Under the pieces are notes generated by a model that was given only the letters and a program-made list of their open reading frames with translations, was not told the DNA's origin and ran no database searches. The position numbers were made by a program, and so were the translations under genes. A stretch of DNA of 63,367 nucleotides, filler included. It is 5 parts of 5 records of this genome, joined end to end, with 100 filler letters (N's around TTAATTAATTAA, not from the genome) between each part and the next. Parts side by side here need not be neighbours in the genome. Positions count along the whole stretch, not along the records: positions 1 to 31,134 come from SRR2962707_3349; 4 more parts are not named here. One strand, given 5' to 3'. This document shows positions 1 through 10,118 of the stretch, piece by piece (positions within the stretch are counted from its first letter, which is position 1; every line of letters begins with the position of its first letter).

Positions 1-1785
1 GAACGCCTTGTTGGTCAGCCGGCAAAACGTCAGGCTGTTACAAACCCTGAAAACACACTCTTCGCAGTTAAGCGTCTTATTGGTCGCCGTTTTGCAGACC
101 CGACAGTGAAAAAAGACCAGAAGATGGTTCCTTTCAACATTGTTGAAGGCACAAATGGCGATGCTTGGGTTGAGGCCGGTGGTGAAAAACATTCACCTGC
201 GCAGATTTCTGCGATGATCCTCAACAAAATGAAAGAAACAGCTGAAGCCTATCTTGGTGAAAAAGTTGAACAGGCCGTTATCACGGTTCCTGCTTACTTT
301 AACGATGCGCAGCGTCAGGCAACTAAAGATGCCGGTAAAATTTCGGGTCTTGAAGTTCTTCGTATCATCAACGAGCCGACAGCGGCTGCATTGGCATATG
401 GCCTAGATAAAACAGATGGCGGCGTGATTGCGGTTTATGACCTTGGTGGCGGTACATTCGACGTATCAATCCTTGAAATCGGCGATGGCGTTTTTGAAGT
501 TAAATCAACCAATGGTGATACATTCCTTGGTGGTGAAGACTTCGATATGCGTCTTGTTGATTACTTCGCAGAAGAATTCAAAAAAGATCAAGGCATCGAC
601 CTTAAAGGCGACAAGCTAGCACTACAGCGTCTGAAAGAAGCGGCCGAGAAAGCTAAAATCGAATTGTCATCAAGCGCGCAGACTGAAGTGAACTTGCCGT
701 TCATCACAGCTGATGCTTCTGGTCCAAAACACTTGACCATGAAGCTTACACGCTCAAAATTCGAAAGCATTGTTGACGATCTGATCAAACGCACAGTTGA
801 GCCAATGAAAGCAGCGCTTAAAGACGCAGGTCTTAAAGCAGGCGACATTGACGAAGTGGTTTTGGTTGGCGGCATGACCCGTATGCCAAAAGTGCAGGAA
901 ACTGTTAAAGCCTTCTTCGGCAAAGACCCACACAAAGGCGTGAACCCGGATGAAGTTGTTGCCATGGGCGCAGCTATACAGGGCGGCGTTCTTCAGGGTG
1001 ATGTTAAAGACGTTCTCTTGCTCGACGTGACACCATTGTCATTGGGTATTGAAACACTTGGCGGCGTGTTCACACGCTTGATCGACCGTAACACGACGAT
1101 CCCAACCAAGAAGTCTCAGACATTCTCAACCGCTGAAGACAATCAGTCTGCTGTGACCATTCGTGTTGCACAGGGTGAGCGCGAAATGGCTGCTGACAAC
1201 AAATTGCTTGGCCAGTTTGACCTTGTTGGTATTCCTTCAGCGCCGCGCGGTATTCCGCAGATCGAAGTAACATTCGACATCGATGCCAACGGTATCGTGA
1301 ATGTTAAAGCGACCGATAAAGGCACAGGCAAAGAGCACGAAATTCGTATCCAAGCCTCTGGTGGTCTAACCGATGCTGAAATCGAGCAGATGGTGAAAGA
1401 CGCTGAAGCCAATGCGGAAACAGATAAAAAACGCCGCGAAACTGTTGAAGCCAAAAACCAAGCTGAATCATTGATCGACTCAACTGAGAAATCTGTACGC
1501 GATCATGGTGATAAGATTGGCGAAGAAGACAAAACAGATATCGTAGACGCAATTGCAGATCTGAAAGCGGAAATCGCGAAAGATGATTTGGATGGCGACG
1601 CGATCACCGCGAAAACACAGACATTGGCTGAAGCTTCTATGAAGCTTGGTCAGGCGATCTATGAAGCAACGCAGGCTGAAGAAACAGCGTCTGCTGAAGC
1701 AGATGCCGCTGCCGATGCTGCTGACGATGTTGTGGATGCTGATTTTGAAGACATCAGCGATGATGACGATGTGAAATCTGCTTAA
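1..1785 (+). CDS. dnaK: Molecular chaperone DnaK (Hsp70), 5'-truncated by window edge
   Basis: Frame open from base 1 ([19 protein letters not shown]); [16 protein letters not shown] and GGEDFD motifs; acidic tail; TAA 1783-1785. Confidence 0.98.
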   Translation, partial: ERLVGQPAKRQAVTNPENTLFAVKRLIGRRFADPTVKKDQKMVPFNIVEGTNGDAWVEAGGEKHSPAQISAMILNKMKETAEAYLGEKVEQAVITVPAYFNDAQRQATKDAGKISGLEVLRIINEPTAAALAYGLDKTDGGVIAVYDLGGGTFDVSILEIGDGVFEVKSTNGDTFLGGEDFDMRLVDYFAEEFKKDQGIDLKGDKLALQRLKEAAEKAKIELSSSAQTEVNLPFITADASGPKHLTMKLTRSKFESIVDDLIKRTVEPMKAALKDAGLKAGDIDEVVLVGGMTRMPKVQETVKAFFGKDPHKGVNPDEVVAMGAAIQGGVLQGDVKDVLLLDVTPLSLGIETLGGVFTRLIDRNTTIPTKKSQTFSTAEDNQSAVTIRVAQGEREMAADNKLLGQFDLVGIPSAPRGIPQIEVTFDIDANGIVNVKATDKGTGKEHEIRIQASGGLTDAEIEQMVKDAEANAETDKKRRETVEAKNQAESLIDSTEKSVRDHGDKIGEEDKTDIVDAIADLKAEIAKDDLDGDAITAKTQTLAEASMKLGQAIYEATQAEETASAEADAAADAADDVVDADFEDISDDDDVKSA

Positions 1786-1808
1786 TCTATCAAGCAGTTG
1801 ACGATTTT

Positions 1809-1840
1809 AAACCCCGGCTGAAAAGTCGGGGTTTTTGTTT
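1809..1840 (+). terminator. Intrinsic terminator after dnaK
   Basis: AAACCCCGGC-tgaaaa-GTCGGGGTTT followed by TTGTTT. Confidence 0.85.
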
Positions 1841-1984
1841 GTGCTTTTTAATTTTTTAACACAGCGCTCTCAATGCCAATTACTAAATGACGCAAGGTTA
1901 TTTTAACGTATTTTTAGAAAGTCAGGGCTATCAGTGTTTTACGATGCGCCGAAAACTTAGGCGCAGCTTTTAAAAGGCAACATT

Positions 1985-3100
1985 ATGGCCGCAGCGTCTA
2001 CGACAAAGCCCAAACCGTCTACCTACCATAGCTTTGCCATTTGGCGGTTCTTGGCAGCGCTGATTATCATGGCCTACCATTTCATTTATAACACACAAAA
2101 TGGTGAAGCCCGCGCTTTGTGGCTGGAGCATATGCTGCCTTTGCTTGACATGTTTTTCATGATGTCGGGCTTTTTAATTTATGAAAACTATGCGGCCAAA
2201 ATCAGAGATGCAGGCTCCTATGGCAGCTTTATGCTCAAAAGAATGGCCCGCCTTTATCCCGTTCATTTTATCACATTGCTGTTCTTCATCGCTGTGGCGC
2301 TCGTCTCACCTCATGGCGGCACTGGCCTATATTCTTGGTCCGCATTGCCTGCCAACATATTCTTATTGCAGGCTTGGGGCGTGAACCATGAACTGAGTTT
2401 TAACTTTGTATCATGGTCTCTATCGGCTGAATTCTTCTGCTATCTTCTGATGCCTCTGGTTATCGTAATGGGCGCACGTCTGGGTATTTTAGGTCTGTTA
2501 GCGCTATCTACTGTGTCTTATTTAGGCACGCATTACGCAATCAGCCACGGCTGGGCAGACGGCGATGTTGTTGCTCAAACCAAAACATGGGGTGCTTATC
2601 GCGCGCTTGGCTCTTTCGCCATTGGCGCCGCCGCGGTGCAGGTGATGAACATGCGCCCGTTTCCCATCCGCTCTCATCTATGGGGGTGGGCAGCCATGAT
2701 TTCATCTATCTTTACGATGTTTGCAGAATGGAACTTCTATCTGATTCTCGCCATCATGGCTGTTGGCCTCGTGCTTTCTGCTAGCGCTGAGAAAGACAAC
2801 CCAAAAGGCATGGTTTGGACACGTCCAGTTATGCCGGTCATGGCCGTCTCTTTCGGCATTTATATGTGGCATCCTGTCGTTGAAAAGGTGATGGTGGGGC
2901 TTATCTGGCAGCGCTTCCTCATCAATTATGTAGATTTCCCGATCTCTTATTACCTATTTTTCTGCGGGTTCGTGGCGATTGTGGTGGCATTGCTCTCACA
3001 CAAATTATTCGAACAACCCGTTGGAAATTGGATAATTGGACGATTTACGCGGTGGCAGAAGTCAAAAATGCACACTTCTGTCCCGATTGCTGGTGAATGA
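1985..3100 (+). CDS. Acyltransferase family 3 (OafA/YrhL-like) membrane O-acyltransferase
   Basis: RFLAALIIMAYH, DMFFMMSGF, KRMARLYP, WSLSAEFFCY and SFGIYMWH motifs; many TM segments. Confidence 0.85.
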   Translation: MAAASTTKPKPSTYHSFAIWRFLAALIIMAYHFIYNTQNGEARALWLEHMLPLLDMFFMMSGFLIYENYAAKIRDAGSYGSFMLKRMARLYPVHFITLLFFIAVALVSPHGGTGLYSWSALPANIFLLQAWGVNHELSFNFVSWSLSAEFFCYLLMPLVIVMGARLGILGLLALSTVSYLGTHYAISHGWADGDVVAQTKTWGAYRALGSFAIGAAAVQVMNMRPFPIRSHLWGWAAMISSIFTMFAEWNFYLILAIMAVGLVLSASAEKDNPKGMVWTRPVMPVMAVSFGIYMWHPVVEKVMVGLIWQRFLINYVDFPISYYLFFCGFVAIVVALLSHKLFEQPVGNWIIGRFTRWQKSKMHTSVPIAGE

Positions 3101-3123
3101 CGCTAATCTTTTGTGTCTGCTCA

Positions 3124-3152
3124 CTGGAAAGATGAACCCACCACGACTATAT
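3124..3152 (+). promoter_or_regulatory. Putative RpoH (sigma32) promoter for dnaJ
   Basis: CTGGAA-N16-ACTATAT versus rhizobial RpoH consensus CTTGAA-N15/16-CCTATAT. Confidence 0.5.
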
Positions 3153-3275
3153 AGCCGGAGAACTGATCGCGTTTTTTGCGGCCATTTGGCGCGTTAAACG
3201 CGGTGAACCGAATTTAACTGGTGCAACTGACCGGTACAAATTTGCCGCTGCTAAAAGGGCATGGATAAACGCAAT

Positions 3276-4415
3276 ATGGCGAAAGCAGATTTTTACGAGA
3301 CATTAGGCGTTACTAAAAGCGCCGACGAAAAAGAGCTGAAAAGCGCTTACCGCAAAATGGCGATGAAATATCATCCCGACAAAAACCCCGGTGATGCGGC
3401 CGCTGAAGCCAAATTCAAAGAATGCAACGAAGCATATGAAATGCTCAAAGACCCGCAGAAGCGCGCGGCCTATGATCGTTTTGGCCATGCAGCTTTTGAA
3501 CAAGGTGGCATGGGCGGCGGTTCGCCCTTTGGCGGCGGTGGCGGCGCAGGCGGTTTCTCCGATATATTTGAAGACATCTTTGGCGAGATGATGGGCGGAC
3601 AACGCGGACGCCGCTCCAGCGATGGCCGAGAACGCGGCGCCGATATGCGCTACAATTTAGAAATCTCGCTTGAAGAAGCCTATGCCGGCAAAACCGCATC
3701 AATCCGTGTGCCAACATCGTCTAGCTGCGATGTTTGCTCAGGATCTGGCGCAAAGCCTGGCTCTTCGCCTAAAACATGCCCGACCTGTCAGGGCGTTGGC
3801 CGTGTGCGCGCAAGTCAGGGTTTCTTCTCTGTCGAACGCACTTGTCACACCTGTAGCGGTCGCGGCGAAGTGATCTCGGACCCATGCACGAAATGTCATG
3901 GCCAAGGTCGGATTAAAGAAGAGCGCACGCTCTCTGTGAACATTCCAGCCGGTATTGATGATGGAACACGCATTCGCGTTTCGGGCGAAGGTGAAGCCGG
4001 ATTGCGCGGCGGACCATCAGGCGACCTTTATATCTTTATCTCTGTGCGCCCCCACGAGTTCTTCCAGCGTGATGGCGCAGACCTTTATTGCAAAGTGCCA
4101 ATTTCAATGACCACAGCTGCGCTCGGCGGTCAGTTTGAAGTGGGTACATTGGACGCATCGCAAACCCGCGTGAAGGTGCCTGAAGGCACGCAGCCCGGCC
4201 GTCAGTTCCGTCTAAAAGGCAAGGGCATGCCGGTCATGCGCCAATCGGCAATTGGTGACCTTTACATTCAAATCGCCGTTGAAACACCGCAGAGCCTATC
4301 AAAACGCCAGCGCGAATTGTTGCAGGAGTTTGAGGAAATTTCAGCCAAAGAAAACAGCCCGCAATCATCAGGCTTCTTTACGCGCATGAAGGATTTCTTC
4401 GACCTTGGTGAGTAA
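3276..4415 (+). CDS. dnaJ: Chaperone DnaJ
   Basis: HPD J-domain, G/F region, four CxxCxGxG repeats; start taken at ATG 3276 (MAKADFYE). Confidence 0.97.
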   Translation: MAKADFYETLGVTKSADEKELKSAYRKMAMKYHPDKNPGDAAAEAKFKECNEAYEMLKDPQKRAAYDRFGHAAFEQGGMGGGSPFGGGGGAGGFSDIFEDIFGEMMGGQRGRRSSDGRERGADMRYNLEISLEEAYAGKTASIRVPTSSSCDVCSGSGAKPGSSPKTCPTCQGVGRVRASQGFFSVERTCHTCSGRGEVISDPCTKCHGQGRIKEERTLSVNIPAGIDDGTRIRVSGEGEAGLRGGPSGDLYIFISVRPHEFFQRDGADLYCKVPISMTTAALGGQFEVGTLDASQTRVKVPEGTQPGRQFRLKGKGMPVMRQSAIGDLYIQIAVETPQSLSKRQRELLQEFEEISAKENSPQSSGFFTRMKDFFDLGE

Positions 4416-5013
4416 GAGAAAGTCATCGTCATTGCAGCGTTCTGCATCCAAGATTATGGATCAGGTTCGCTTTATCGGCGCTTTGGCTAAATCGCCGCGC
4501 ACCGTGGGGGCAGTTGCGCCCACATCGCGCGAGACAGCCGATTTGATGGCTTCCAACATCACCTATCCGGTTCCGCTTCCCGTCTTAGAACTAGGGCCCG
4601 GCACCGGTGCGATTACAGCGGCAATTTTGCGCCGCGGCGTTGCCGAAAAGGACCTTTTTGCCGTTGAGTTCGATCCAAAGTTTTGCCGCGATTTACGCAC
4701 GCGCCTGCCGCACGCTAAAATCATTGAGGGCAATGCTTTTGAGTTGGACAGCGCTCTTGCCGATCACCAAGACCAAACCTTTGATTGCGTGATTTCGGGC
4801 TTGCCTCTGCTCAATTTTGAACCCGCATTGCGTCAGCAGTTTTTGCTCGGTGCTCTCAAACGCATTGCGCGCGGGCGCCCGCTCGTTCAGTTTTCTTATG
4901 GCATTCACGCACCCATCGTGCCTGAAGATCCGTCGATCCAAGTAACGAAAAGCCGCTGGGTCATTCGCAATCTTCCTCCTGCACGGGTTTGGACGTACCG
5001 TTATAGCACCTAG
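4405..5013 (+). CDS. pmtA: Phospholipid N-methyltransferase PmtA
   Basis: [23 protein letters not shown] motif, [15 protein letters not shown]; position after dnaJ as in Rhizobiales. Confidence 0.85.
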   Translation: MVSKRKSSSLQRSASKIMDQVRFIGALAKSPRTVGAVAPTSRETADLMASNITYPVPLPVLELGPGTGAITAAILRRGVAEKDLFAVEFDPKFCRDLRTRLPHAKIIEGNAFELDSALADHQDQTFDCVISGLPLLNFEPALRQQFLLGALKRIARGRPLVQFSYGIHAPIVPEDPSIQVTKSRWVIRNLPPARVWTYRYST

Positions 5014-5037
5014 AAAAATTGCAAAAAGGAAATAGAC

Positions 5038-5622
5038 GTGGCCGCTAAAATTCTTGTTTTCTCAGGTTCAATCCGTACCGGATCGTTTAATACCAAATTA
5101 GCAAAAGCTGCGATCAAAGTGCTGGCCGAGCAGGGCGCTGAAGTGACTGAGATATCGCTTGTCGATTATCCATTGCCGATCATGGACGAAGACCTTGAAG
5201 CAGAAAAAGGCGTGCCCGAAAATGCCGTGAAATTAGCGCGGCTGTTCCAAGCTCATGATGGCTTGTTCATCGCTTGCCCAGAATATAATGCGTCAATTCC
5301 ACCGCTTTTGAAAAATACACTTGATTGGATCTCCCGCGTCAAATCAAGCAGCGATGGCGACATTAAACCTTACCCAGGTTTGCATGTTGGTCTTGGCGCT
5401 GCATCGCCGGGCGCGCTTGGCGGTATGCGCGGTCTCTATCATGTGCGCGCTGTGCTGATGACTGTAGGCACGCAAGTCGTGTCTGAGCAGGCGTCGATTT
5501 CAGCGGCCCATAACGCCTTTGGCGATGATGATATGCCGAAAGATGAGCGCCAGCTCAACGCGCTTAAAAGCACCTGCCGCTCGTTATTGCAACACGCCAC
5601 TGAAGGGCGTGGCCGCGCATAA
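5038..5622 (+). CDS. NADPH-dependent FMN reductase
   Basis: GSIRTGSFN, PEYNASIPPLLKNTLDW and ASPGALGG motifs. Confidence 0.9.
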   Translation: MAAKILVFSGSIRTGSFNTKLAKAAIKVLAEQGAEVTEISLVDYPLPIMDEDLEAEKGVPENAVKLARLFQAHDGLFIACPEYNASIPPLLKNTLDWISRVKSSSDGDIKPYPGLHVGLGAASPGALGGMRGLYHVRAVLMTVGTQVVSEQASISAAHNAFGDDDMPKDERQLNALKSTCRSLLQHATEGRGRA

Positions 5623-6225
5623 ATGCCAGTTGGGATTTACCTAACGCATCCTCAGGTGCACATCGATCCGTCGATTGACGTGCCGGACTGGTCTTTATCT
5701 CAGATTGGCCGTGAGCGGGCGTTAAGGGTCGCAAGCAACACTTGGGTCCAAACAGTAGGCACAATATTTTCCAGCACTGAGAAAAAGGCGACAGAAACTG
5801 CGCAAATATTTGCGCAGCAAGCCGGTCTAGAGTTTTCCGTTTTTGAGAACATGGGCGAAAATGACCGCTTAAGTACCGGTTTTTTACCGCTCGATAAATT
5901 TGAGCTGGCTGCTAATGCATTTATGAACAGGCCAAATGAGAGCTTTAAAGGCTGGGAGCGGGCGATAGATGCACAAGCGCGTATCGTAGATGCCGTTGAC
6001 CGCGCACTTGTCGCGACAGACCTTGAAAAAATCACGCTTTTTGTCGGCCATGGCGGCGTTGGCACATTGTTGAAGTGCCATCTCAGTTCACGCCAAATCG
6101 TGCGCAGTGAAGATCAACCCGCCAATGGAGGTGGTAATATCTTTGCTTTCGCGCTTGAGACCGGCCAATTGCTGTGCGATTGGGTGGCAATGGAAGAATT
6201 TAACGAAGGCATGTTGATAAGATGA
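5623..6225 (+). CDS. Histidine phosphatase (phosphoglycerate mutase-like) family protein
   Basis: YLTHP, SSTEKKA, ENDR and VGHGG motifs. Confidence 0.75.
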   Translation: MPVGIYLTHPQVHIDPSIDVPDWSLSQIGRERALRVASNTWVQTVGTIFSSTEKKATETAQIFAQQAGLEFSVFENMGENDRLSTGFLPLDKFELAANAFMNRPNESFKGWERAIDAQARIVDAVDRALVATDLEKITLFVGHGGVGTLLKCHLSSRQIVRSEDQPANGGGNIFAFALETGQLLCDWVAMEEFNEGMLIR

Positions 6226-6926
6226 GCGTTTCACCCAAAGACCAATTAATCGTGGCGCTTGATGTGCCAACTGTTCTGGAAGCCTCCGGCATTATCGAAA
6301 ATTTAGGCGATGCTGTCAGCTTTTATAAAATCGGCTATCAGCTGGCTTTCGTTGGCGGACTAGACCTCGCACGCGAGCTTAAAAGCGCAGGCAAATCTGT
6401 CTTTTTAGATATGAAGCTGCTCGACATCGACAACACCATTGCCAAAGGCGTTGAAGGCGTGATGAAGCTTGGTGTTGATATGCTCACGCTGCATGCCTAC
6501 CCAAAAGCCATGGCCGCTGCCGTTGAAGCGGCAAAAGGATCGAACCTCTGCCTTCTTGGCGTTACCGTTTTGACATCGATGGATGGCCAAGACCTAACCG
6601 CCGCCGGTTATCACGATGCGCCTGCAACCCTCGTTCAAAAGCGGGCGCGCCAAGCTGCTGATATTGGCATGGGCGGTATTGTCTGCTCAGCGGCAGAAGC
6701 TGAAGCGGTGCGATTAATCGTCGGCCCAGATATGGCCGTTGTCACACCGGGCATTCGCCCCGCTGGCAGCGATGCCGGTGATCAAAAACGTGTCGTCACA
6801 CCGGCTGATGCCATTGAGATGGGCGCAAGTCATCTTGTCGTTGGCCGTCCAATCGTCGCCGCGCCAAATCGGCGTGCAGCCGCACTCGATATTTTAGAAC
6901 AAATCAAATCCGCACAACGCGCATAA
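6222..6926 (+). CDS. pyrF: Orotidine-5'-phosphate decarboxylase
   Basis: [24 protein letters not shown] and VVGRPI motifs. Confidence 0.96.
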   Translation: MSVSPKDQLIVALDVPTVLEASGIIENLGDAVSFYKIGYQLAFVGGLDLARELKSAGKSVFLDMKLLDIDNTIAKGVEGVMKLGVDMLTLHAYPKAMAAAVEAAKGSNLCLLGVTVLTSMDGQDLTAAGYHDAPATLVQKRARQAADIGMGGIVCSAAEAEAVRLIVGPDMAVVTPGIRPAGSDAGDQKRVVTPADAIEMGASHLVVGRPIVAAPNRRAAALDILEQIKSAQRA

Positions 6927-6937
6927 GGGAGAATAAA

Positions 6938-7225
6938 ATGGCTAAGGGATATTGGATCGGACGCATCACCGTTCATGATGAAGAGCGCTATAAAGACTAT
7001 GTAGCCACTGCTTCGCCGGCCTATCAGGAATATGGCGCGAAGTTTCTCGTTCGGGGCGGCGCAATCCATGCGGAAGAGGGTGAATCCCGCGCGCGCAACG
7101 TTGTCATCGAATTTCCGTCAGTTGAAGCCGCACTAGACTGCTACAATTCTGAAACCTATGGCCGCGCTCGGGCCATTCGCCAAGAAGTATCAGATGGCGA
7201 ATTAATAGTCATCGAGGGCGCGTAA
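6938..7225 (+). CDS. DUF1330 family protein
   Basis: GAKFLVRGG, RNVVIEFPS and YNSETY motifs; 95 aa. Confidence 0.85.
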   Translation: MAKGYWIGRITVHDEERYKDYVATASPAYQEYGAKFLVRGGAIHAEEGESRARNVVIEFPSVEAALDCYNSETYGRARAIRQEVSDGELIVIEGA

Positions 7226-7235
7226 CAACAAAATA

Positions 7236-7265
7236 AGCGCGGCAAGCAAACCAGCTTGCCGCGCT
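7236..7265 (+). terminator. Hairpin after DUF1330 gene (probable terminator)
   Basis: AGCGCGGCAAGC-aaacca-GCTTGCCGCGCT; weak U-tract. Confidence 0.55.
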
Positions 7266-7285
7266 GTGCCACTTCTGTTCACAAT

Positions 7286-7301
7286 TTAACCATAATTTAA
7301 C
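7286..7301 (+). promoter_or_regulatory. CtrA box 1
   Basis: TTAA-CCATAAT-TTAAC, an exact TTAA-N7-TTAAC that also contains TTAACCAT. Confidence 0.7.
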
Positions 7302-7339
7302 TTGGTGAACCTTTCTGATTGCCTTTGCCGCCCACGATG

Positions 7340-7355
7340 GTTAACTTTTCGTTAA
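7340..7355 (-). promoter_or_regulatory. CtrA box 2
   Basis: GTTAA-CTTTTCG-TTAA, an exact consensus on the minus strand. Confidence 0.7.
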
Positions 7356-7383
7356 TTAAAGTGTTTTGAGTGGGTGTATCTTC

Positions 7384-7998
7384 ATGATGAAGAAAGTAGC
7401 AAAGGCAGGAATGATATCCTCTGCCGCCATGGTTGTTGGCTTTTTAGCCTCATCCGCGGGCGCGTCTTCCATGAAGACCGGCAAATTGACATCGCAGCCC
7501 ATCGGACATTTTGAATTTTGCTTGGCCTATAAAGAAGAATGCAAGCAGCTGCGCGGCGTCGACACAAATCCACTGATATTGACGAAGGAAATTTGGGCGA
7601 AAATCGTCAATACAAATTCCGCCATAAACATGGTGATTGAGCCAAAAAGCGATCTTGATATTTATGGCCGCGATGAAGTTTGGACATTTCCGGAAGTGGC
7701 TGGCGACTGCGAAGACTATGTTTTGCTCAAACGCCAAATGCTCATCAATGACGGCATATCGCCGTCTGATCTTCTAATCACCGTCGTGCGCAAACCAGAC
7801 GGTGAGGGACATGCCGTATTGACCGTGCGCACAGATCGCGGCGATTTCGTGCTCGATAATTTAACCAGCCAAGTCAGCGCTTGGGACCAAACGCCTTATA
7901 CTTTTTTAAAGCGGGTTTCCGAACTTCATGCAGGCCAATGGGTTGAAATCGAAGGCCAAGACATGACGGTTGTCGGTTCGGTCAAAAAGTCGAAATAG
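7384..7998 (+). CDS. Transglutaminase-like cysteine peptidase (BTLCP/LapG family), exported
   Basis: Signal peptide; PIGHFEFC, GDCEDY, GEGHAVL and VLDNL catalytic Cys-His-Asp motifs. Confidence 0.88.
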   Translation: MMKKVAKAGMISSAAMVVGFLASSAGASSMKTGKLTSQPIGHFEFCLAYKEECKQLRGVDTNPLILTKEIWAKIVNTNSAINMVIEPKSDLDIYGRDEVWTFPEVAGDCEDYVLLKRQMLINDGISPSDLLITVVRKPDGEGHAVLTVRTDRGDFVLDNLTSQVSAWDQTPYTFLKRVSELHAGQWVEIEGQDMTVVGSVKKSK

Positions 7999-8013
7999 GC
8001 GCTGCTAAGCCCC

Positions 8014-8997
8014 TCACGCATTACCAATTAACATACCTGCGGCAAACACCAATATGCCGCCCAGCGCCACCTGAAAAATAGCGCGATGCCAAGGTGTTTC
8101 CATATATTTGTGTTGGATCCATGTGATCGCCAATAGCTCCAAAGCAACAACGATAAAGGCGATAATCGTCGCTGTCCAAAAATGCGGAATGAGATAGGGC
8201 AATGCGTGGCCAAGCCCGCCAATCGTTGTCATAATGCCAGCGGCAAAGCCGCGCTTCATTGGTGAGCCGCGACCCGAGATGACGCCATCATCGGATGCCA
8301 CTTCCGTAAAGCCCATCGAAATGCCTGCGCCAACAGACGCTGCCAGACCCACGACAAATGTCGTCGCCGTGTTCTGTGTTGCAAAGGCAACGGCGAAAAT
8401 CGGGGCAAGCGTTGAAACCGATCCATCCATCAGGCCAGCAAGGCCAGGCTGCACAAATGTCAGAATGAACTGCTTGCGCTCAACTTCAGTTTCTTCGTCG
8501 CGCACATCAGAAGGGGTGTATTTCTTCTCTAACGCTTCGGCGGTTGCTTCATGCGCGCTTTCAGCCAGCGCTAAATCACCAAGTAATTTGCGTGTATCTG
8601 CATCTTCGGTCTGCTTGATAGCTTCGATGTAAAAACGGTGCGCTTGGGCTTCCATTTCAGCGGCCATGCCACGCACTTTTTCAACGCCGAGCGGGCGCAC
8701 AAGCCAATCAGGCTTGCGCTCATAATAACCCTTTACATGCTCACGGCGGATCAGCGGAATATTGTCGCCGAAGCGCTTTTTATGCAGCGCAATCAGCATG
8801 GCGCGATGCTCATGCTCTTCTTCCGCCATTTCTTCAAATATCTTCGCAGAAGCTGGATAGTCTTCCCGCAAACCATCGGCATAAGCCAAATAGATCCGCG
8901 CATCGTCTTCCTCTGATGAAATCGCCAGAGCAATGATTTCCTGCTCGCTTAAAGTTTTGAAGTCACGGCGGCTGCTCGGCCAAAATCGAGAGAACAT
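8014..8997 (-). CDS. mbfA: Iron exporter MbfA (rubrerythrin/ferritin-like + VIT1/CCC1 domain)
   Basis: ALAISSEEDD and EEEHEH di-iron motifs plus QPGLAGLMDGSVSTLAP membrane domain. Confidence 0.92.
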   Translation of the reverse strand: MFSRFWPSSRRDFKTLSEQEIIALAISSEEDDARIYLAYADGLREDYPASAKIFEEMAEEEHEHRAMLIALHKKRFGDNIPLIRREHVKGYYERKPDWLVRPLGVEKVRGMAAEMEAQAHRFYIEAIKQTEDADTRKLLGDLALAESAHEATAEALEKKYTPSDVRDEETEVERKQFILTFVQPGLAGLMDGSVSTLAPIFAVAFATQNTATTFVVGLAASVGAGISMGFTEVASDDGVISGRGSPMKRGFAAGIMTTIGGLGHALPYLIPHFWTATIIAFIVVALELLAITWIQHKYMETPWHRAIFQVALGGILVFAAGMLIGNA

Positions 8998-9009
8998 GCG
9001 AAAATCCTT

Positions 9010-9026
9010 TTTAGAATGATTCTAAA
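9010..9026. promoter_or_regulatory. Iron control element (ICE, Irr binding site) upstream of mbfA
   Basis: Perfect TTTAGAA-N3-TTCTAAA palindrome 12 bp before the mbfA ATG. Confidence 0.9.
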
Positions 9027-9201
9027 TATATTGATGGATTATTTACGTCAAGCAAATCAAACCAAGATGACAGACAATCTTCGATAACGAAGGCTTGATT
9101 CCCGCGCCCTTGACCTTACTTTACGATTAGACCTATCCATTGGCGGCGACAGCAAGAACTATCTGCCACCTTTAGCAAATTGGTGCGCGAGGGAGTAAAA
9201 G

Positions 9202-10038
9202 GTGACACAACAAGCCGACGGCCTTTTTATCAGGTTGGGAAAGTTCATAACGTCAATTCTTGAGAAGGAATCTGCCGGTTATGAACCTTACACGCCATCG
9301 GACCCTGAAACGCTTTATCGCACATTGCAGCCCGGTGATATTTTGTTGGTTGAGGGCAACCGCAAAGTATCTGCTGCGATCAAATATCTCACGCAGTCCA
9401 CATGGAGCCACGCAGCGCTTTATGTCGGTGACGCTCTGGATACCAAAAGTATCAATGGGGAGCCTAACCGCCTGATTGAGGTCAATGCTGGTTCAGGTTG
9501 TACCGCAGAACCACTTGAAAAGTATCAGCGCTTCAACACCCGCATATGCCGCGCAGCAGGTTTGACGCCGAAAGACCGAGAGGTGATAATTTCGTTCATG
9601 GTGTCAAAGCTGGGCACACAATATGACACCCGCAATTTGATCGATCTGGCGCGATATCTATTGCCATTGCCGCCGGTTCCAGTGTCATGGCGTCGGCGCA
9701 TGATCCAGTTTGGTTCTGGCGATCCAACCCGCGCCATTTGCTCCACGCTCATCGCGCAGGCATTTCAAAAAATTCAATATCCTATACTGCCGGAAATTAC
9801 CGCTGCGCCAGGCCGTGCGCGCGCGACATCAGATTACTCACGCCGCGAAATTTTGCACATTCGCCACTATTCGCTTTATACGCCGCGCGATTTTGACCTT
9901 TCGCCCTATTTTAGTGTGGTCAAACCAACGCTGGAATTTGGTTTCGATTATAAAAGGCTCATTTGGAGCCATGATGAAGATGATGCGGATAACACGGACG
10001 CGCAAAGCACGGATGTGGCTGAAATGCCGCAGGCCTAG
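9202..10038 (+). CDS. Permuted papain-like amidase (YiiX/YebB-like NlpC/P60)
   Basis: LQPGDILL, WSHAALYVG (His) preceding ICSTLIAQAF (Cys), YTPRDF. Confidence 0.8.
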   Translation: MTQQADGLFIRLGKFITSILEKESAGYEPYTPSDPETLYRTLQPGDILLVEGNRKVSAAIKYLTQSTWSHAALYVGDALDTKSINGEPNRLIEVNAGSGCTAEPLEKYQRFNTRICRAAGLTPKDREVIISFMVSKLGTQYDTRNLIDLARYLLPLPPVPVSWRRRMIQFGSGDPTRAICSTLIAQAFQKIQYPILPEITAAPGRARATSDYSRREILHIRHYSLYTPRDFDLSPYFSVVKPTLEFGFDYKRLIWSHDEDDADNTDAQSTDVAEMPQA

Positions 10039-10046
10039 TAGCGCAA

Positions 10047-10062
10047 TGCGACAGTCTGCCAT
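10047..10062. promoter_or_regulatory. Possible RegA/ActR-type site upstream of cydA
   Basis: TGCGAC-AGTCT-GCCAT resembles GCGNC-N5-GNCGC; degenerate. Confidence 0.3.
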
Positions 10063-10118
10063 CTGAACGTGCTTATCTTGCTACTTTATGTTAAGAGAAA
10101 ATAGCAAGGATACATCCA

